Positions 10,028-20,551 of a DNA stretch of 64,000 nt are shown here, in pieces. The DNA is from an uncultured Chloroflexia bacterium (GTDB lineage: Bacteria; Chloroflexota; Anaerolineae; CG2-30-64-16). The stretch spans positions 288,001 through 352,000 of the forward strand of contig CAVZDU010000010.1 of NCBI GenBank assembly GCA_963774265.1. Direction: 5' to 3'. The first letter of the stretch is position 1, and the number at the start of each line of letters is the position of its first letter. A program made the position numbers and the translations under genes. The notes under the pieces are model-generated. The model did not search any database. It was given only the letters and a program-made list of their open reading frames with translations, and had not been told where the DNA came from.

Positions 10028-10841
10028 CCCACTTACGCAACTTGCGGTCCTCGGCATCCGTCCCAAAAAAGGCTTGGGACAGAACTTTCTTGTCGATCCA
10101 ACCCATCAGGCACGTATCGTCGACGCCGCCGACCTCATTGACGACGATACCGTGCTTGAGGTCGGACCTGGCCCCGGGGTTCTCACCGAGTTAATCGCCG
10201 CCGCCGCCGGCCGGGTCATCGCCGTTGAGCTGGATGATCGACTGATTCCCTTCCTGCGTGAGCGCTTTTCCGCTGAGCCGAATGTGACCATCATTCATGG
10301 TGACATCCTGGAGATCGATCCGGGCGCACTAACCGAGGGTAAGCCTTACAAAGTCGTCGCGAACCTCCCCTACTACATCACTTCGGCTGTCATACGCCAC
10401 CTTCTTGAATCGACCCCGGCGCCGGAAGTCCTTGTCCTGACTGTACAACGGGAGGTCGCGGAGCGCATGGTCGCACAGCCGCCGAACATGAGCCTGCTGG
10501 CGCTGGGCGTGCAGTTCTATTGCACGGGGCGAATCGTGGCAAGGGTGCCTGCCGGCGCCTTTTATCCTGCGCCGAAAGTTGACTCGGCCGTAGTTCGTCT
10601 GGATCGTCGACCCGCGGTGATCGCCAATGATGTTGGAGCAGCACAATTCTTCGAAGTGGCGCGGGCCGGGTTCAGCCAACCACGAAAACAACTGCGCAAC
10701 TCGCTGGCATCAGGGCTGCAGGTTGCGCCAGCGGACATTGAGAAATGGCTTGCTCGGGTTGGGGTCGATCCCAAGCGTCGTGCTGAAACGCTAACCCTGG
10801 CTGAGTGGGCTGCACTCGCCCGCACACGTACTCCAAGCTAG
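10017..10841 (+). CDS. rsmA: 16S rRNA m6,2A dimethyltransferase
   Basis: [40 protein letters not shown]. Confidence 0.96.
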   Translation: MKTSPLTQLAVLGIRPKKGLGQNFLVDPTHQARIVDAADLIDDDTVLEVGPGPGVLTELIAAAAGRVIAVELDDRLIPFLRERFSAEPNVTIIHGDILEIDPGALTEGKPYKVVANLPYYITSAVIRHLLESTPAPEVLVLTVQREVAERMVAQPPNMSLLALGVQFYCTGRIVARVPAGAFYPAPKVDSAVVRLDRRPAVIANDVGAAQFFEVARAGFSQPRKQLRNSLASGLQVAPADIEKWLARVGVDPKRRAETLTLAEWAALARTRTPS

Positions 10842-11501
10842 ATCGCAACGCGGTCTGCGTACACCCCCCAATACTCCGAAGGCATCTTCCGCGCGATCGC
10901 AATCATTATCTGTTCGGTGTAGAGGTGGAGTTCTCCAGTCCTGGCGCGGGCTGCGCTCGGGGGCAGCACGATAGGATCACAAAAGGACACGAAGACATTT
11001 GGCCGACGCAGCCTGCGCCATGCCTCAAAGGTCGTCTCGTGTCCCCACACGGCAACCGGCACAATCACTGCTTCGGTGCGGCTGGCCAGATACGACGCAC
11101 CGTCGTGGCCCTCCTGGAGGCCCCGCTGCCGGCTGCGCGTTCCTTCGGGCGCCACGGCCAGAGAGCCGCCGGCCTTGAGTTCTTTGAGCGACTCCGCCAA
11201 CGCCTCTCTGTCTGGCTCCCCGCGAGCCACGTAAATGATGCCGCGTCATCTGCTCCATCACCCAACCGCCCGGCTTCCCGCGCCACTTGTCTGCAGCCAG
11301 GATCGTTGTGCGTCGGCGGACGCACATGCCCACGAGCGGAATATCCAGCATGTGAAGATGATTGGGTGAAACGACCACAGGTCCAGTTAACGGCACATTG
11401 TCAAGACCGGTGACGTGGAGATGCAACAACAGCCTGAAGAACCCCCACAGCACACGTTGAAATGCCCGATAGATCGTGCCGGCATCTCTTGCAAGGAACA
11501 T
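10838..11501 (-). CDS. plsC: 1-acyl-sn-glycerol-3-phosphate acyltransferase (frameshift near 11243)
   Basis: NHLHMLD (HxxxxD) in ORF 11025..11501 and APEGTRS plus IVPVAVWG in ORF 10838..11230. Confidence 0.85.
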
Positions 11502-11509
11502 GTTATCAC

Positions 11510-12511
11510 CTAAGGTGTTGGGGTTGGCAGTCGTCGGCCTTGCGCCTCTGCATGGAAGCTGGCCACTGGACCACCCGCCGGGGTCAACTCAATTGAAAAG
11601 GTTGTCTGTCCGCCGCGCAGGATGACGTTGTGATCCGGGACGGCTCGCCGCATGCCGATGACGCGGCCCAGCGCATCGTAGAGTGTGACAGTCACGGTGA
11701 TCTCAACCGCGTCCTCAGGGCCTACGTTAGCCACCACACCGGTAACTATGTAGGTGGCGTAGCGTTCCCCTTCGCCAGCAGTGTCACGCACTTCGAGATC
11801 GAGGTAATAGCTGCCCACGTACCCAAGCACGCCCTTCCAGGGTAAGGCCTGATAGCTGGAGAAAGACTGGGGCGGCGATGAGAACCGGACTGCAAACGGC
11901 GCCTTTGCCCCTGGCCTTAGCAGATCGATGCCCACATAGGTCTGCTCTTCGGCAACAACCTTACCTTGATCGTCGAGCAGTTGGATGCTGATGCCGGCCT
12001 GCTCCAGATCGGCGCCAGTGGAGTTCAGGATTTCTCCCAAGCACCAAAGACCGCCCAAGGGCGTATTGTTGAAGGTCAAGTTCTTCACAGTGAAGGGCAA
12101 AGGCGTTGGCTGGGCCGTAGGCGTGCCTGCCGATGACTCTTCCGCTTCCTCAACGGGGATGAGCAACTCCTGGCCAACGCGCAGTGACCGCGGGTCAGTG
12201 ATGCCGTTGGCATCCTGAATGCCGGACACGCTGACACCGAATTGTTGGGCGATTTTGAGCAGATTATCGCCGGAAGCGATTCGGTAGATCAGGGGGGTTG
12301 GGGTGACCGTGGGTGTGGCGGTAGGCGCAGGTGTATAGGGCGCCGGTGTGGAAGTGGGCCGGTCCGTGGCTGCGGCTGCAAGCGCAACGCCCGGGGTGGG
12401 TGTGGCTGAGGGCGTGGGGGTCACGCGCGTGATGATCTGTCCGCAGCCAGCCAGGAACAGGAGACAGGCACAAGAGAAAACAACCAGTGTGGCGAGTTTC
12501 GATAGTTTCAA
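11510..12511 (-). CDS. LysM-domain lipoprotein with Pro/Thr linkers and two Ig-like (FxLYD-type) domains
   Basis: Lipobox LAGC; PT-rich linker; LysM YRIASGDNLLKIAQQFGVSV..LRVGQELLIP; GEILN..IQLLDDQGKVV and VTLYDALGRVIG repeats. TTG start at 12511 is inferred. Confidence 0.85.
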   Translation of the reverse strand: MKLSKLATLVVFSCACLLFLAGCGQIITRVTPTPSATPTPGVALAAAATDRPTSTPAPYTPAPTATPTVTPTPLIYRIASGDNLLKIAQQFGVSVSGIQDANGITDPRSLRVGQELLIPVEEAEESSAGTPTAQPTPLPFTVKNLTFNNTPLGGLWCLGEILNSTGADLEQAGISIQLLDDQGKVVAEEQTYVGIDLLRPGAKAPFAVRFSSPPQSFSSYQALPWKGVLGYVGSYYLDLEVRDTAGEGERYATYIVTGVVANVGPEDAVEITVTVTLYDALGRVIGMRRAVPDHNVILRGGQTTFSIELTPAGGPVASFHAEAQGRRLPTPTP

Positions 12512-12660
12512 ACTGTCATCCCAGGTGATCAGCAATTGGTCTTGGCTTGATGATACCACAGGGCAGCGGTAAGGCTGCTTTCTTCAGAGCGAGTTTGTTT
12601 ACCGCACCCATCTGCATTACACTGATCCCGTTGAGCAAAGTGCGTTCAGATGGAGCTAGA

Positions 12661-14640
12661 ATGATCAGCGAGACTTCATTGTCCCCTTCCAGCCTCGGTT
12701 TTGTGCGCGTCGCGGTCGTCAGCCCGGAGTTGCGTGTGGCGGACGTGGAGTTCAACGCCGGCAAGATAGTCGAGGCCATGCAGGCAGCCGCCAAGCAAGG
12801 TGCCCGACTGGCTCTGTTCCCGGAGTTGTGCATCACTGCCTATTCGTGTGGGGATCTTTTTTTTCAGTCGTTGCTCCTTGAGAGTGCACTCTCCGCTCTG
12901 AAAACCCTGGCTGAGGCGTCCGCTTCGGTGAGTCTCGCCGCGGTGGTCGGGCTGCCACTTGCAGTAGACGGAAAGCTTTACAATTGTGCGGCACTGATCG
13001 CAGACGGCCAGGTGCACGGGCTTGTACCCAAGAGCTTCCTGCCGAGCACAGGCGAATTCTATGAGGAGCGCTGGTTCACACCCGCAGCCCTCTGCGCCGC
13101 CCAGGCTGTCTCTATTGGCCGAAGGGATACTCCGCTCGGGCCGGATTTGCTTTTCGCGGCGACGAACTTCCCCGGATTGATCCTTGGTATCGAGATTTGC
13201 GAGGACTTGTGGGCGGTAAGCCCGCCCAGCGGCGATATGGCGCTAGCCGGTGCGACTCTGCTGCTGAACGGCTCAGCAAGTAACGAACTGCTGGGTAAAG
13301 TCGAGTATCGTCGCGACCTGGTTCGGCAACAGTCTGCCCGTACTCTGGCCGCATACCTCTACGCGGGCGCAGGACCGGGTGAATCGACGACCGATCTCGT
13401 CTGGGCAGGCCATTCGATGATCGCAGAGAATGGCGCGATACTGGCTGAGACCGGCCGTTTTCGTTTTGAGACACAGATGGCCATCGCGGATATTGACGTG
13501 CAGCGACTGCTCGGTGAGCGACTACGCAGCAATTCCTATTCTGCAGCCTCTCCTGCGCGTCAGCACAGAAAGGTGGCATTCAACCTGCCGGGCGCCAAAT
13601 CCCCTGCCTTGCCGCTGATCCGGCCATTGCTCTCCCGTCTGCCTTTTGTGCCCTCAGATCAGGAAAAGCGTGCCCAGCATTGCCGCGAAATCTTCAACAT
13701 TCAGGCTACAGGACTGGCCAAACGGTTGCGCCATATCGGATCCAAAAAGGTCACGATTGGTTTGTCCGGAGGTCTTGATTCGACTCTGGCGCTGCTGGTC
13801 GCTGCGCGCGCATTCGATATTGTTGGTCTTCCCCGCGAAGGCATCATAGCGATCACCATGCCCGGCTTCGGCACCACCTCTCGTACGCGTAGCAACGCAG
13901 AGAAGCTGGCTGAATACCTCCACGTGACCTTCCGCACCATACCAATCACCGCTGCGGTGCGACAACATTTCAAAGATATCGGGCACGACGAGAGTACGCA
14001 TGATGTCACCTATGAGAACGCGCAGGCGCGCGAGCGCACCCAGATCCTGATGGATGTCGCGAATCAAGTTGGCGGCTTCGTGGTCGGCACCGGGGATCTA
14101 TCTGAGTTGGCCCTTGGCTGGGCCACCTATAATGGCGACCATATGTCGATGTATCATGTGTGTGCTGGCGTGCCAAAGACACTGGTTCGTTACCTCGTGG
14201 ATTGGGCCGCGGACGAGGAGTTCCAGGGTGAAGTCGCGCTCGTTCTGCATGACATCAGCGCAACGCCCATCACGCCTGAGCTCTTGCCACTAGGGCAAGA
14301 TGGTGTGCTGGAGCAGAAAACCGAGGACACCATTGGACCCTACGAACTGCACGACTTCTTCCTTTACCACGTGATCCGCTATGGGTTCCCCCCGCGCAAG
14401 GTATTCGTGCTGGCAATGCAAGCCTTTGGTGACGACTATACTTCCGATACGATCCTTAAGTGGCTCCGAGTTTTTTATCGCCGTTTCTTCAGCCAGCAGT
14501 TTAAGCGTTCTGCCATGCCGGACGGCCCTAAGGTGGGCTCCGTAGCACTATCTCCACGGGGTGATTGGCGTATGCCTTCGGATGCGAGCGCCGCCAGTTG
14601 GCTCGCGGAGGCGGACGCGATTGAACATGCTATGGATTAG
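12661..14640 (+). CDS. nadE: glutamine-dependent NAD+ synthetase
   Basis: Nitrilase triad (FPEL, VPKS, EICEDLW), SGGLDS ATP-binding motif, [22 protein letters not shown]. Confidence 0.96.
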   Translation: MISETSLSPSSLGFVRVAVVSPELRVADVEFNAGKIVEAMQAAAKQGARLALFPELCITAYSCGDLFFQSLLLESALSALKTLAEASASVSLAAVVGLPLAVDGKLYNCAALIADGQVHGLVPKSFLPSTGEFYEERWFTPAALCAAQAVSIGRRDTPLGPDLLFAATNFPGLILGIEICEDLWAVSPPSGDMALAGATLLLNGSASNELLGKVEYRRDLVRQQSARTLAAYLYAGAGPGESTTDLVWAGHSMIAENGAILAETGRFRFETQMAIADIDVQRLLGERLRSNSYSAASPARQHRKVAFNLPGAKSPALPLIRPLLSRLPFVPSDQEKRAQHCREIFNIQATGLAKRLRHIGSKKVTIGLSGGLDSTLALLVAARAFDIVGLPREGIIAITMPGFGTTSRTRSNAEKLAEYLHVTFRTIPITAAVRQHFKDIGHDESTHDVTYENAQARERTQILMDVANQVGGFVVGTGDLSELALGWATYNGDHMSMYHVCAGVPKTLVRYLVDWAADEEFQGEVALVLHDISATPITPELLPLGQDGVLEQKTEDTIGPYELHDFFLYHVIRYGFPPRKVFVLAMQAFGDDYTSDTILKWLRVFYRRFFSQQFKRSAMPDGPKVGSVALSPRGDWRMPSDASAASWLAEADAIEHAMD

Positions 14641-14704
14641 AGTATATGCCGCTACTGTTGATGTCCCATTGGACGGCGCCGGAGATTGGACTTAAGGAGT
14701 CAGA

Positions 14705-15382
14705 ATGTCCCCGAAAATTCGCGTTTTGCTCGTCGATGATCACGCCATCGTTCGCAAAGGGATCGCGGCACTTTTAGCGACTGAGCCGGATTTCGAAGTA
14801 GTCGGCGAGGCATCTGATGGCGCGGAAGCAATTGCCAAGGCCCAAGCGTTGCGACCCGATGTGGTGATGATGGATCTGGTCATGCCCAAAATAGACGGGA
14901 TCGAGGCAACGCGTCAGATCACATCGCAGGTCAAAAATGTCCGCGTTCTGGTTTTGACTAGCTTCGCAGCTGACGATAAGGTCTTTCCGGCCATTAAGGC
15001 GGGCGCGCTGGGGTACCTTCTAAAAGACTCGGGACCGCTTGAGCTGGTTCAAGCTATCCGGCAGGTCCATCGCGGACAACCATCGCTTGAGCCATCAATC
15101 GCCAGCAAGGTGCTTTTTGAACTGGCCCACCCGTCCAGGGACCAATTGACCACTGACCCTCTTACTGGCCGCGAGCTGGAAGTTCTCCGTTTGGTGGCCC
15201 AGGGGCGCAGCAATCGGGAGATTGCCGAGAAATTGGTGATCACCGAACTAACTGTCAGCACCCACGTGAGCAACATTCTAGGTAAGCTGCACCTTGCCAG
15301 CAGGACGCAGGCTGCACTTTTTGCATTGCGTGAGGGCTTGGCGTCTCTTGATGACATCCCTTCGTTTGGCGACGAGCCCTGA
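14705..15382 (+). CDS. NarL/LuxR-family response regulator
   Basis: VLLVDDHAIVRKG, MDLVMP phospho-Asp, GYLLKD, HTH LTGRELEVLRLVAQGRSNREIA. Confidence 0.95.
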   Translation: MSPKIRVLLVDDHAIVRKGIAALLATEPDFEVVGEASDGAEAIAKAQALRPDVVMMDLVMPKIDGIEATRQITSQVKNVRVLVLTSFAADDKVFPAIKAGALGYLLKDSGPLELVQAIRQVHRGQPSLEPSIASKVLFELAHPSRDQLTTDPLTGRELEVLRLVAQGRSNREIAEKLVITELTVSTHVSNILGKLHLASRTQAALFALREGLASLDDIPSFGDEP

Positions 15383-15428
15383 GCGGCATACCAGAAATCT
15401 AGTAGTCTCGCTACTCATATCCTCCAGA

Positions 15429-15457
15429 AGACCACCCGCAAGGGTGGTCTCTTTTTG
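15429..15457 (+). terminator. intrinsic terminator
   Basis: AGACCACCC-GCAA-GGGTGGTCT followed by CTTTTTG. Confidence 0.85.
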
Positions 15458-15559
15458 TATGCGCATTCACGGGTTTTTCCCGATGTTCATTACGCCTCGC
15501 CCTGTTATTCTTTACGTGACGCTGAGGCAAGCATTGAATCGAACACGGAGACGCGGCGG

Positions 15560-15940
15560 ATGGTCGGCAAGATGGGCGAGCATTTGAGGATTCTGATCGT
15601 TGATGATTCGGCACGGGCACGGCAAAGCATCAAGGCGTTAGTGGGCACCTGCTCCGGCGTGGATGCCTTGAAAGAAGCAACAAACGGCGCTGAGGCCGTG
15701 GCACTGGCTGAGACCTGGGCGCCCGATGCTGTGCTCATGGATGTCTGCATGGCTGAGATGGACGGGTTACAGGCAACGCGGATGATCAAGGCCCGCTGGC
15801 CGCACATCAAGATCATCGTCCTCTCCATGTATGGCGACTACGAACCGCAAGCCCTCGAAGCTGGGGCGGATGCGTTCGTGAACAAAGGTGAGCCGCCAAC
15901 GCGGCTACTACAGGCGCTCGATGCGGTGATCGGCGCGTGA
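15560..15940 (+). CDS. single-domain response regulator (REC only)
   Basis: ILIVDDS, MDVCM, IVLSM, FVNK; no output domain; start ATG 15560 or 15572. Confidence 0.88.
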   Translation: MVGKMGEHLRILIVDDSARARQSIKALVGTCSGVDALKEATNGAEAVALAETWAPDAVLMDVCMAEMDGLQATRMIKARWPHIKIIVLSMYGDYEPQALEAGADAFVNKGEPPTRLLQALDAVIGA

Positions 15941-15956
15941 AAGGGGAGTCCTTTCG

Positions 15957-16580
15957 ATGAGTGAGCAGGAAATTATCAACCTGGCCCGACGGGGTGATCA
16001 GGCCGCCTTCACCACACTGGTGAGGACCTATCAAACCGCGATCTACAACCTTTGTTATCGAATGTTGGGTGACGCGGACCAGGCTCAGGATGCCGCGCAG
16101 GAGACCTTTCTTCGAGCCTACACGCAGTTTCATCGCTACGATCCCGAGCGCTCATTCAAGACCTGGCTTTTCTCCATCGCCAGCCACTATTGCATTGATC
16201 GGCTGCGTCGTCGCCGGGTCATCTGGCTGGACATCGATGACGAGCCTTTGGCCGGTCACCCGGCGCTGCGTGAGAGGAGATTGGGTCCCGAGGATGCGGT
16301 CCTGCAGAGGGAGCGGGCTGCGGATGTACAGGCGTTGCTGGAGACATTGGCGCCAAAGGATCGGGTCGCTGTCGTGATGCTGTACTGGCACGACCTGTCT
16401 TACCAGGAAATTGCTGAAGCGACCGGAACGACAGTGAGTGCAGTCAAAAGCCGACTCCACCGAGCGCGCGCAGCCATGGCCGACATGTTTCGGACGAAAG
16501 ATGTCCGGCGCGATGCTGCTCGCCAGGCGTCGCGTACAACTCTGGTTGGCCCAACCAGGCTGGCGGCGGCCCAGGCGTAG
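15957..16580 (+). CDS. ECF (SigW/RpoE-like) RNA polymerase sigma factor
   Basis: AQDAAQETFLRAY, FKTWLFSIASHYCID (region 2); LSYQEIAEATGTTVSAVKSRLHRAR (region 4). Confidence 0.94.
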   Translation: MSEQEIINLARRGDQAAFTTLVRTYQTAIYNLCYRMLGDADQAQDAAQETFLRAYTQFHRYDPERSFKTWLFSIASHYCIDRLRRRRVIWLDIDDEPLAGHPALRERRLGPEDAVLQRERAADVQALLETLAPKDRVAVVMLYWHDLSYQEIAEATGTTVSAVKSRLHRARAAMADMFRTKDVRRDAARQASRTTLVGPTRLAAAQA

Positions 16581-16610
16581 CGATCGGCCCTCGTAACGGA
16601 GGCACTCTCG

Positions 16611-17171
16611 ATGTTTGACGCTTATGGAACCTTTCAAGCGAACTCGGTGTGTGTGTCAGCGGGCATCGGCACGCGGCAATTCGATCCTGGCATCGCGGCG
16701 ATCAGCCGCGCGGTCTCCATGCATCACTCCCTCGTCCTGAGGGCGCGCCTGAGAAGGCTCTGGGCGGGAGTCACGCGACGGTCAGTCCGTTTGCTGGATA
16801 TGGATGTCGTGCGACGGTCGAAGACCATCGAGGGGATTTTCGATCTGGGCTGCGTAACAATTGCAGTCGAGAGGATCCGCGGCAGCGAGTGTCGCGCCCG
16901 CGATTTCGACAATGCTTTCCTGCCCCTCAACGAGACAACCCGGCAACGTTGGGCTAGCGTGTATGCCGCGAGGTTGTGTGGTGAGTCACTGCCCGCCGTG
17001 TCGGTGGTGCAGTTGGGCGACACCTATTATGTCCGCGACGGCCATCACCGGGTCTCAGTGGCCCGCGTGTTGGGCGAGGAGTATATAGAGGCTAACGTCC
17101 AGGTGTGGCAGGTCAAGGGCGAAACGGCGCCGTCGCCGGCAATGAGAGTGGAGTTTGTCGTATCTGTCTGA
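16611..17171 (+). CDS. ParB/Srx-like nucleotide-binding domain protein (DUF4032-associated type)
   Basis: IRGSECRARDFDNAFLP..RW..LPAVSVVQLGDTYYVRDGHHRVSVAR, containing the ParB-like DGxxR box. Confidence 0.75.
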   Translation: MFDAYGTFQANSVCVSAGIGTRQFDPGIAAISRAVSMHHSLVLRARLRRLWAGVTRRSVRLLDMDVVRRSKTIEGIFDLGCVTIAVERIRGSECRARDFDNAFLPLNETTRQRWASVYAARLCGESLPAVSVVQLGDTYYVRDGHHRVSVARVLGEEYIEANVQVWQVKGETAPSPAMRVEFVVSV

Positions 17172-17297
17172 AGTCTTGTCCCCGGGGTAACAGGGTTTGA
17201 GGGATTGCACCCCTCGGTCTTTCACGACGAGTGCGATTTAGGCTGCTGCTTTCTGGGCCGCTTTCGCACTGGCTGTGTGAGCCGGGGGGTGCGCTCT

Positions 17298-20200
17298 TTA
17301 ACGTGTCTTGATAAGTAGCGTGACAATCTGGAACGGCTTGATCTCGAACGTAACCCCGCCCTCTTGAACGTCGAGCTCGCGCAGCTGATTCTCGAGCATG
17401 TCCGTTTCGATGATCTGCTTGACAGGCAGCGAGGTCTGCAGCCTGCAACGCGTCCAGGTTCGCTTGGCCTCATACAATCGAATAACCACATCACCCGAGC
17501 CATCCTCGGCTGGTTTCACCGCTTCGATGAACACATTCGGCGCGTCGAGAGTGAACAACGATTTTTCAGGTGTTCTCGGAGCACCGGCTGCAATCGTCAC
17601 AGGCGCGTTCAAGTCATAGGCTTCGCGCACTACTTCGCTCTCAAAGAAGGGGCTGTTCCAGGTAGCCAGCGAGTACGTGAACACCTGCTTTCCCTCATCC
17701 GCGTGCGGGTCTGGTGCGATGGCCGACTTCAGGAGGGTGAGCTGGATGCGATTGCCTATCACGTTGACGCCGTACTTGCAGTCGTTGAGCACTGCCACAC
17801 CTCGTCCTTCTTCAGCGAGCGCCGTCCAACGCTGCTGCGGCACTTCAAATCGGTCCGCGTCATATTTGCGCGACGCGTGGTTGGGTCGCCTGACGTGTCC
17901 AAACTGGATTTCGTGCAACGCTTCCTCTGCGTGCACTGTCACTGGGAATGCTACCTTGAGAAGTTTGTGCTTCTCCCTCCACATGATGGTCGTAACAAAA
18001 TCCAGCCGCCGGCTGCTGCGACGCAACCGAATCTCCTGGCTCATGCTGGAATTGTTGAGTTGTCGGGTCACCCTTAGACTGGCGATCAGCGGTCCCGCGG
18101 CTGCGACCTCCATTGTCGATCCTTGGTCCAACGCCACAGGCAGATTGACATAGTTGCTATCCAGATCCCAGGCATCCCACGCACGCGGAACATCTTTGTA
18201 CATCAGGAAGGCGTTGCCCGGTGATGCCATCCATTCAGATTCCGACTCTCTGTCCCAGAAACTGACCAGCTCGCCCGTCGCATTGAAGGTCGCGCGTATC
18301 AGCTCGTTCTCCAATACCCAGCCCGTTTCTGCCGCGTAGACGCGTGCGCGGGAGTCTTCGGTGTGCATTGCGCCACCAGAGGTCACTTCCGCGGGCTTGC
18401 ATGTTCTTACGGTGGTCCATCCGCACGGTGGGACCGTAACTTCCACCAGTTTGTGTGCTCCCTGCGTTTGGGTCACCAAGGGCGCGCCAACGGCGTCAGT
18501 GACGATATCGCTGTCATGGGGAATGGCCACGAGCACACGGCGAGAGAAGGATAGTGAGTTGAACACGGTCATTGCACCTCCAGACCTGTCGGTCACCAGC
18601 GCGGTGACCGCAGCCTGGGTCATGCGTTCAGCACACGCCACAACCTCAGATAAATCGCTTTCTGCTTCCTCGTATACGCGGCCGATGGACGATCCGGGCA
18701 GGATATCGTGGAATTGATTGATCAGGACTCGTTTCCAGGCTCTGTCCAGAACGATCAGCGGGGCAGATCTGCCCGCGAGTACCGATGCCATGCTTCCCCA
18801 AAACTCCGCCTCCCGCAGCCCGATTTCGGATCGGCGGTTCAGCAGTTTGATCCGCGCTTGCGAGGTGTACGTGCCGCGGTGCGCCTGGAAGTACAGCTCG
18901 CCGACGTAGTGAGGCAAGGTGGTGCGGCGTTCCTCCAGCTCTGTGAAGTAATCGATGGGTGGCGCAATCCGAGTTCGCGGCGCGCCTTCGAGATTGCGGC
19001 CGCGCAGCAGGAATTCAAGGTGTTCGCGGGTTGCGCCACCACCTCCGTCGCCATGGCCAAAAGGCAGCATCAGGCCGGATGTCCCCGACTTCTGCGCTCG
19101 ACCGGCCCATGCCGCAACCAGATGTTTGGGTGATGTCTGGTAGCCGTATCCGTGGAAAATATGGGCCAGGACCTGAGATCCGTCGATCCCCTGCCATAAG
19201 AAGTCATTGTACGGAAATGGATCGCCGTCGTTGTAGCCCCACATGATTTTCTGCGTGGCGAAATAGGGGATGCCGCAGCCGCGCATGATCTGGGGCAGCG
19301 CTGCCGAATAGCCGAAAACATCAGGCTCCCAGAAAATCCGAGTGTTGAGTCCAAATTCATCCCGGAAAAACCTCTTGCCGTGGATGAATTGCCGGATCAG
19401 GCTTTCGCCCCCGGTGATGTTTGTATCTGGTTCAACCCAGGCGCTTCCTTCAACATTCCACTGCCCGGTCGCGATCCTTGCCCGCACCCGGTCGTAGAGG
19501 TCAGGATAGAAGTTGCCGAGCATGACATAAAGTTGTGCCTGGCTTTGCAGGAATACGTATTCGCCGTATGCAGAAAGCAATTCGAGCTGGTTCGCTACGG
19601 TGCGCGCAACTTTGCGCTCGGTCTCTGCCAGCGGCCATAGCCAGGCGACGTCGATGTGGGCATGGCCGAATGCGTGGAGCATTGGCGCCGTTGTGCTGTT
19701 CTCAGCGGCAAGCAATCGCGCGAGCCGATGGCGGGCCTCTCGGACACCATTGTGCAACTCAGGGCGGGGCGACTCGAGGTCCACCGACAGCGTCATGTCC
19801 TGCAATCCGTGGTCGATCTCATCGACACGCAGCGAGGTCGGGTCAAGCATCTCACGTAATTCCCACAGCACAATGGCATCCATCAGGAGGTGAAACACAT
19901 CCTCCTCCCAGATGCCAAAGGTGCTCGCGCCCAATGTTCGGCGCTCGCCTTCTACAGGATCGGGCAGGTGGTTCGTCCCGTGAGGTACGGGCCCCGTGGT
20001 CACCAGGACTGGTTCGGCGCCCGCGTAGCTCTCCGTGAGGATCTCATAGTGCGTGCCTGGCAGGCCGGATTCGCTGAGCAAGATGGTCGGGTGGGCCCAG
20101 TCGCGGCCTCCACGCACGACGCCATCAACCCATACCAGGCTGTCGGCGCCCGTGTTGAGGTGCAGCACGATCCGTTCGCCCGCAGCAGCTTGCGGGAGCG

Positions 20201-20417
20201 TTACGGCGCCGCGCAGCCACGCGTACTCCCACTTCCTCCCCCAGGAGTCGCCGGGTTGGATGGTTCGGAACTCGTTTGCGAGCGCTTGCGCTGGCGAGAG
20301 GTGCTCAGGCGTGGCGCAGTACGAGAGTTCGACTGTGCCCAATGGACGATAGCAGAGCTCGCGCAGGACGCGTAACCAATGTGCGATACGATCGCGCCAT
20401 TCGGGGTTCAGAGCCAT
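17298..20417 (-). CDS. alpha-mannosidase, GH38
   Basis: GHAHIDVAWLWP, WVEPDTN, WEPDVFGYS, GHGDGGGG, GELYFQAHRGTYTSQ, NQFHDILPGS. Confidence 0.95.
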   Translation of the reverse strand: MALNPEWRDRIAHWLRVLRELCYRPLGTVELSYCATPEHLSPAQALANEFRTIQPGDSWGRKWEYAWLRGAVTLPQAAAGERIVLHLNTGADSLVWVDGVVRGGRDWAHPTILLSESGLPGTHYEILTESYAGAEPVLVTTGPVPHGTNHLPDPVEGERRTLGASTFGIWEEDVFHLLMDAIVLWELREMLDPTSLRVDEIDHGLQDMTLSVDLESPRPELHNGVREARHRLARLLAAENSTTAPMLHAFGHAHIDVAWLWPLAETERKVARTVANQLELLSAYGEYVFLQSQAQLYVMLGNFYPDLYDRVRARIATGQWNVEGSAWVEPDTNITGGESLIRQFIHGKRFFRDEFGLNTRIFWEPDVFGYSAALPQIMRGCGIPYFATQKIMWGYNDGDPFPYNDFLWQGIDGSQVLAHIFHGYGYQTSPKHLVAAWAGRAQKSGTSGLMLPFGHGDGGGGATREHLEFLLRGRNLEGAPRTRIAPPIDYFTELEERRTTLPHYVGELYFQAHRGTYTSQARIKLLNRRSEIGLREAEFWGSMASVLAGRSAPLIVLDRAWKRVLINQFHDILPGSSIGRVYEEAESDLSEVVACAERMTQAAVTALVTDRSGGAMTVFNSLSFSRRVLVAIPHDSDIVTDAVGAPLVTQTQGAHKLVEVTVPPCGWTTVRTCKPAEVTSGGAMHTEDSRARVYAAETGWVLENELIRATFNATGELVSFWDRESESEWMASPGNAFLMYKDVPRAWDAWDLDSNYVNLPVALDQGSTMEVAAAGPLIASLRVTRQLNNSSMSQEIRLRRSSRRLDFVTTIMWREKHKLLKVAFPVTVHAEEALHEIQFGHVRRPNHASRKYDADRFEVPQQRWTALAEEGRGVAVLNDCKYGVNVIGNRIQLTLLKSAIAPDPHADEGKQVFTYSLATWNSPFFESEVVREAYDLNAPVTIAAGAPRTPEKSLFTLDAPNVFIEAVKPAEDGSGDVVIRLYEAKRTWTRCRLQTSLPVKQIIETDMLENQLRELDVQEGGVTFEIKPFQIVTLLIKTR

Positions 20418-20551
20418 GGGAAAGCAGCCTTTCGCCGATCGCAGCGATGTCGGTGCGACCAGTTCACATGATAGCGCGGCTTCATTGTAGTTCTGATTCT
20501 CAAGCGTGGCGAAATGGTATGTTACACTGCATGGAGGAGGATGCTTAATCT

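Noticed and set aside
12290-12430. GGGGT/GGGTG-rich repetitive tract
   Set aside because: It encodes the Pro/Thr linker of the LysM lipoprotein on the minus strand; not a CRISPR array or tandem DNA repeat.
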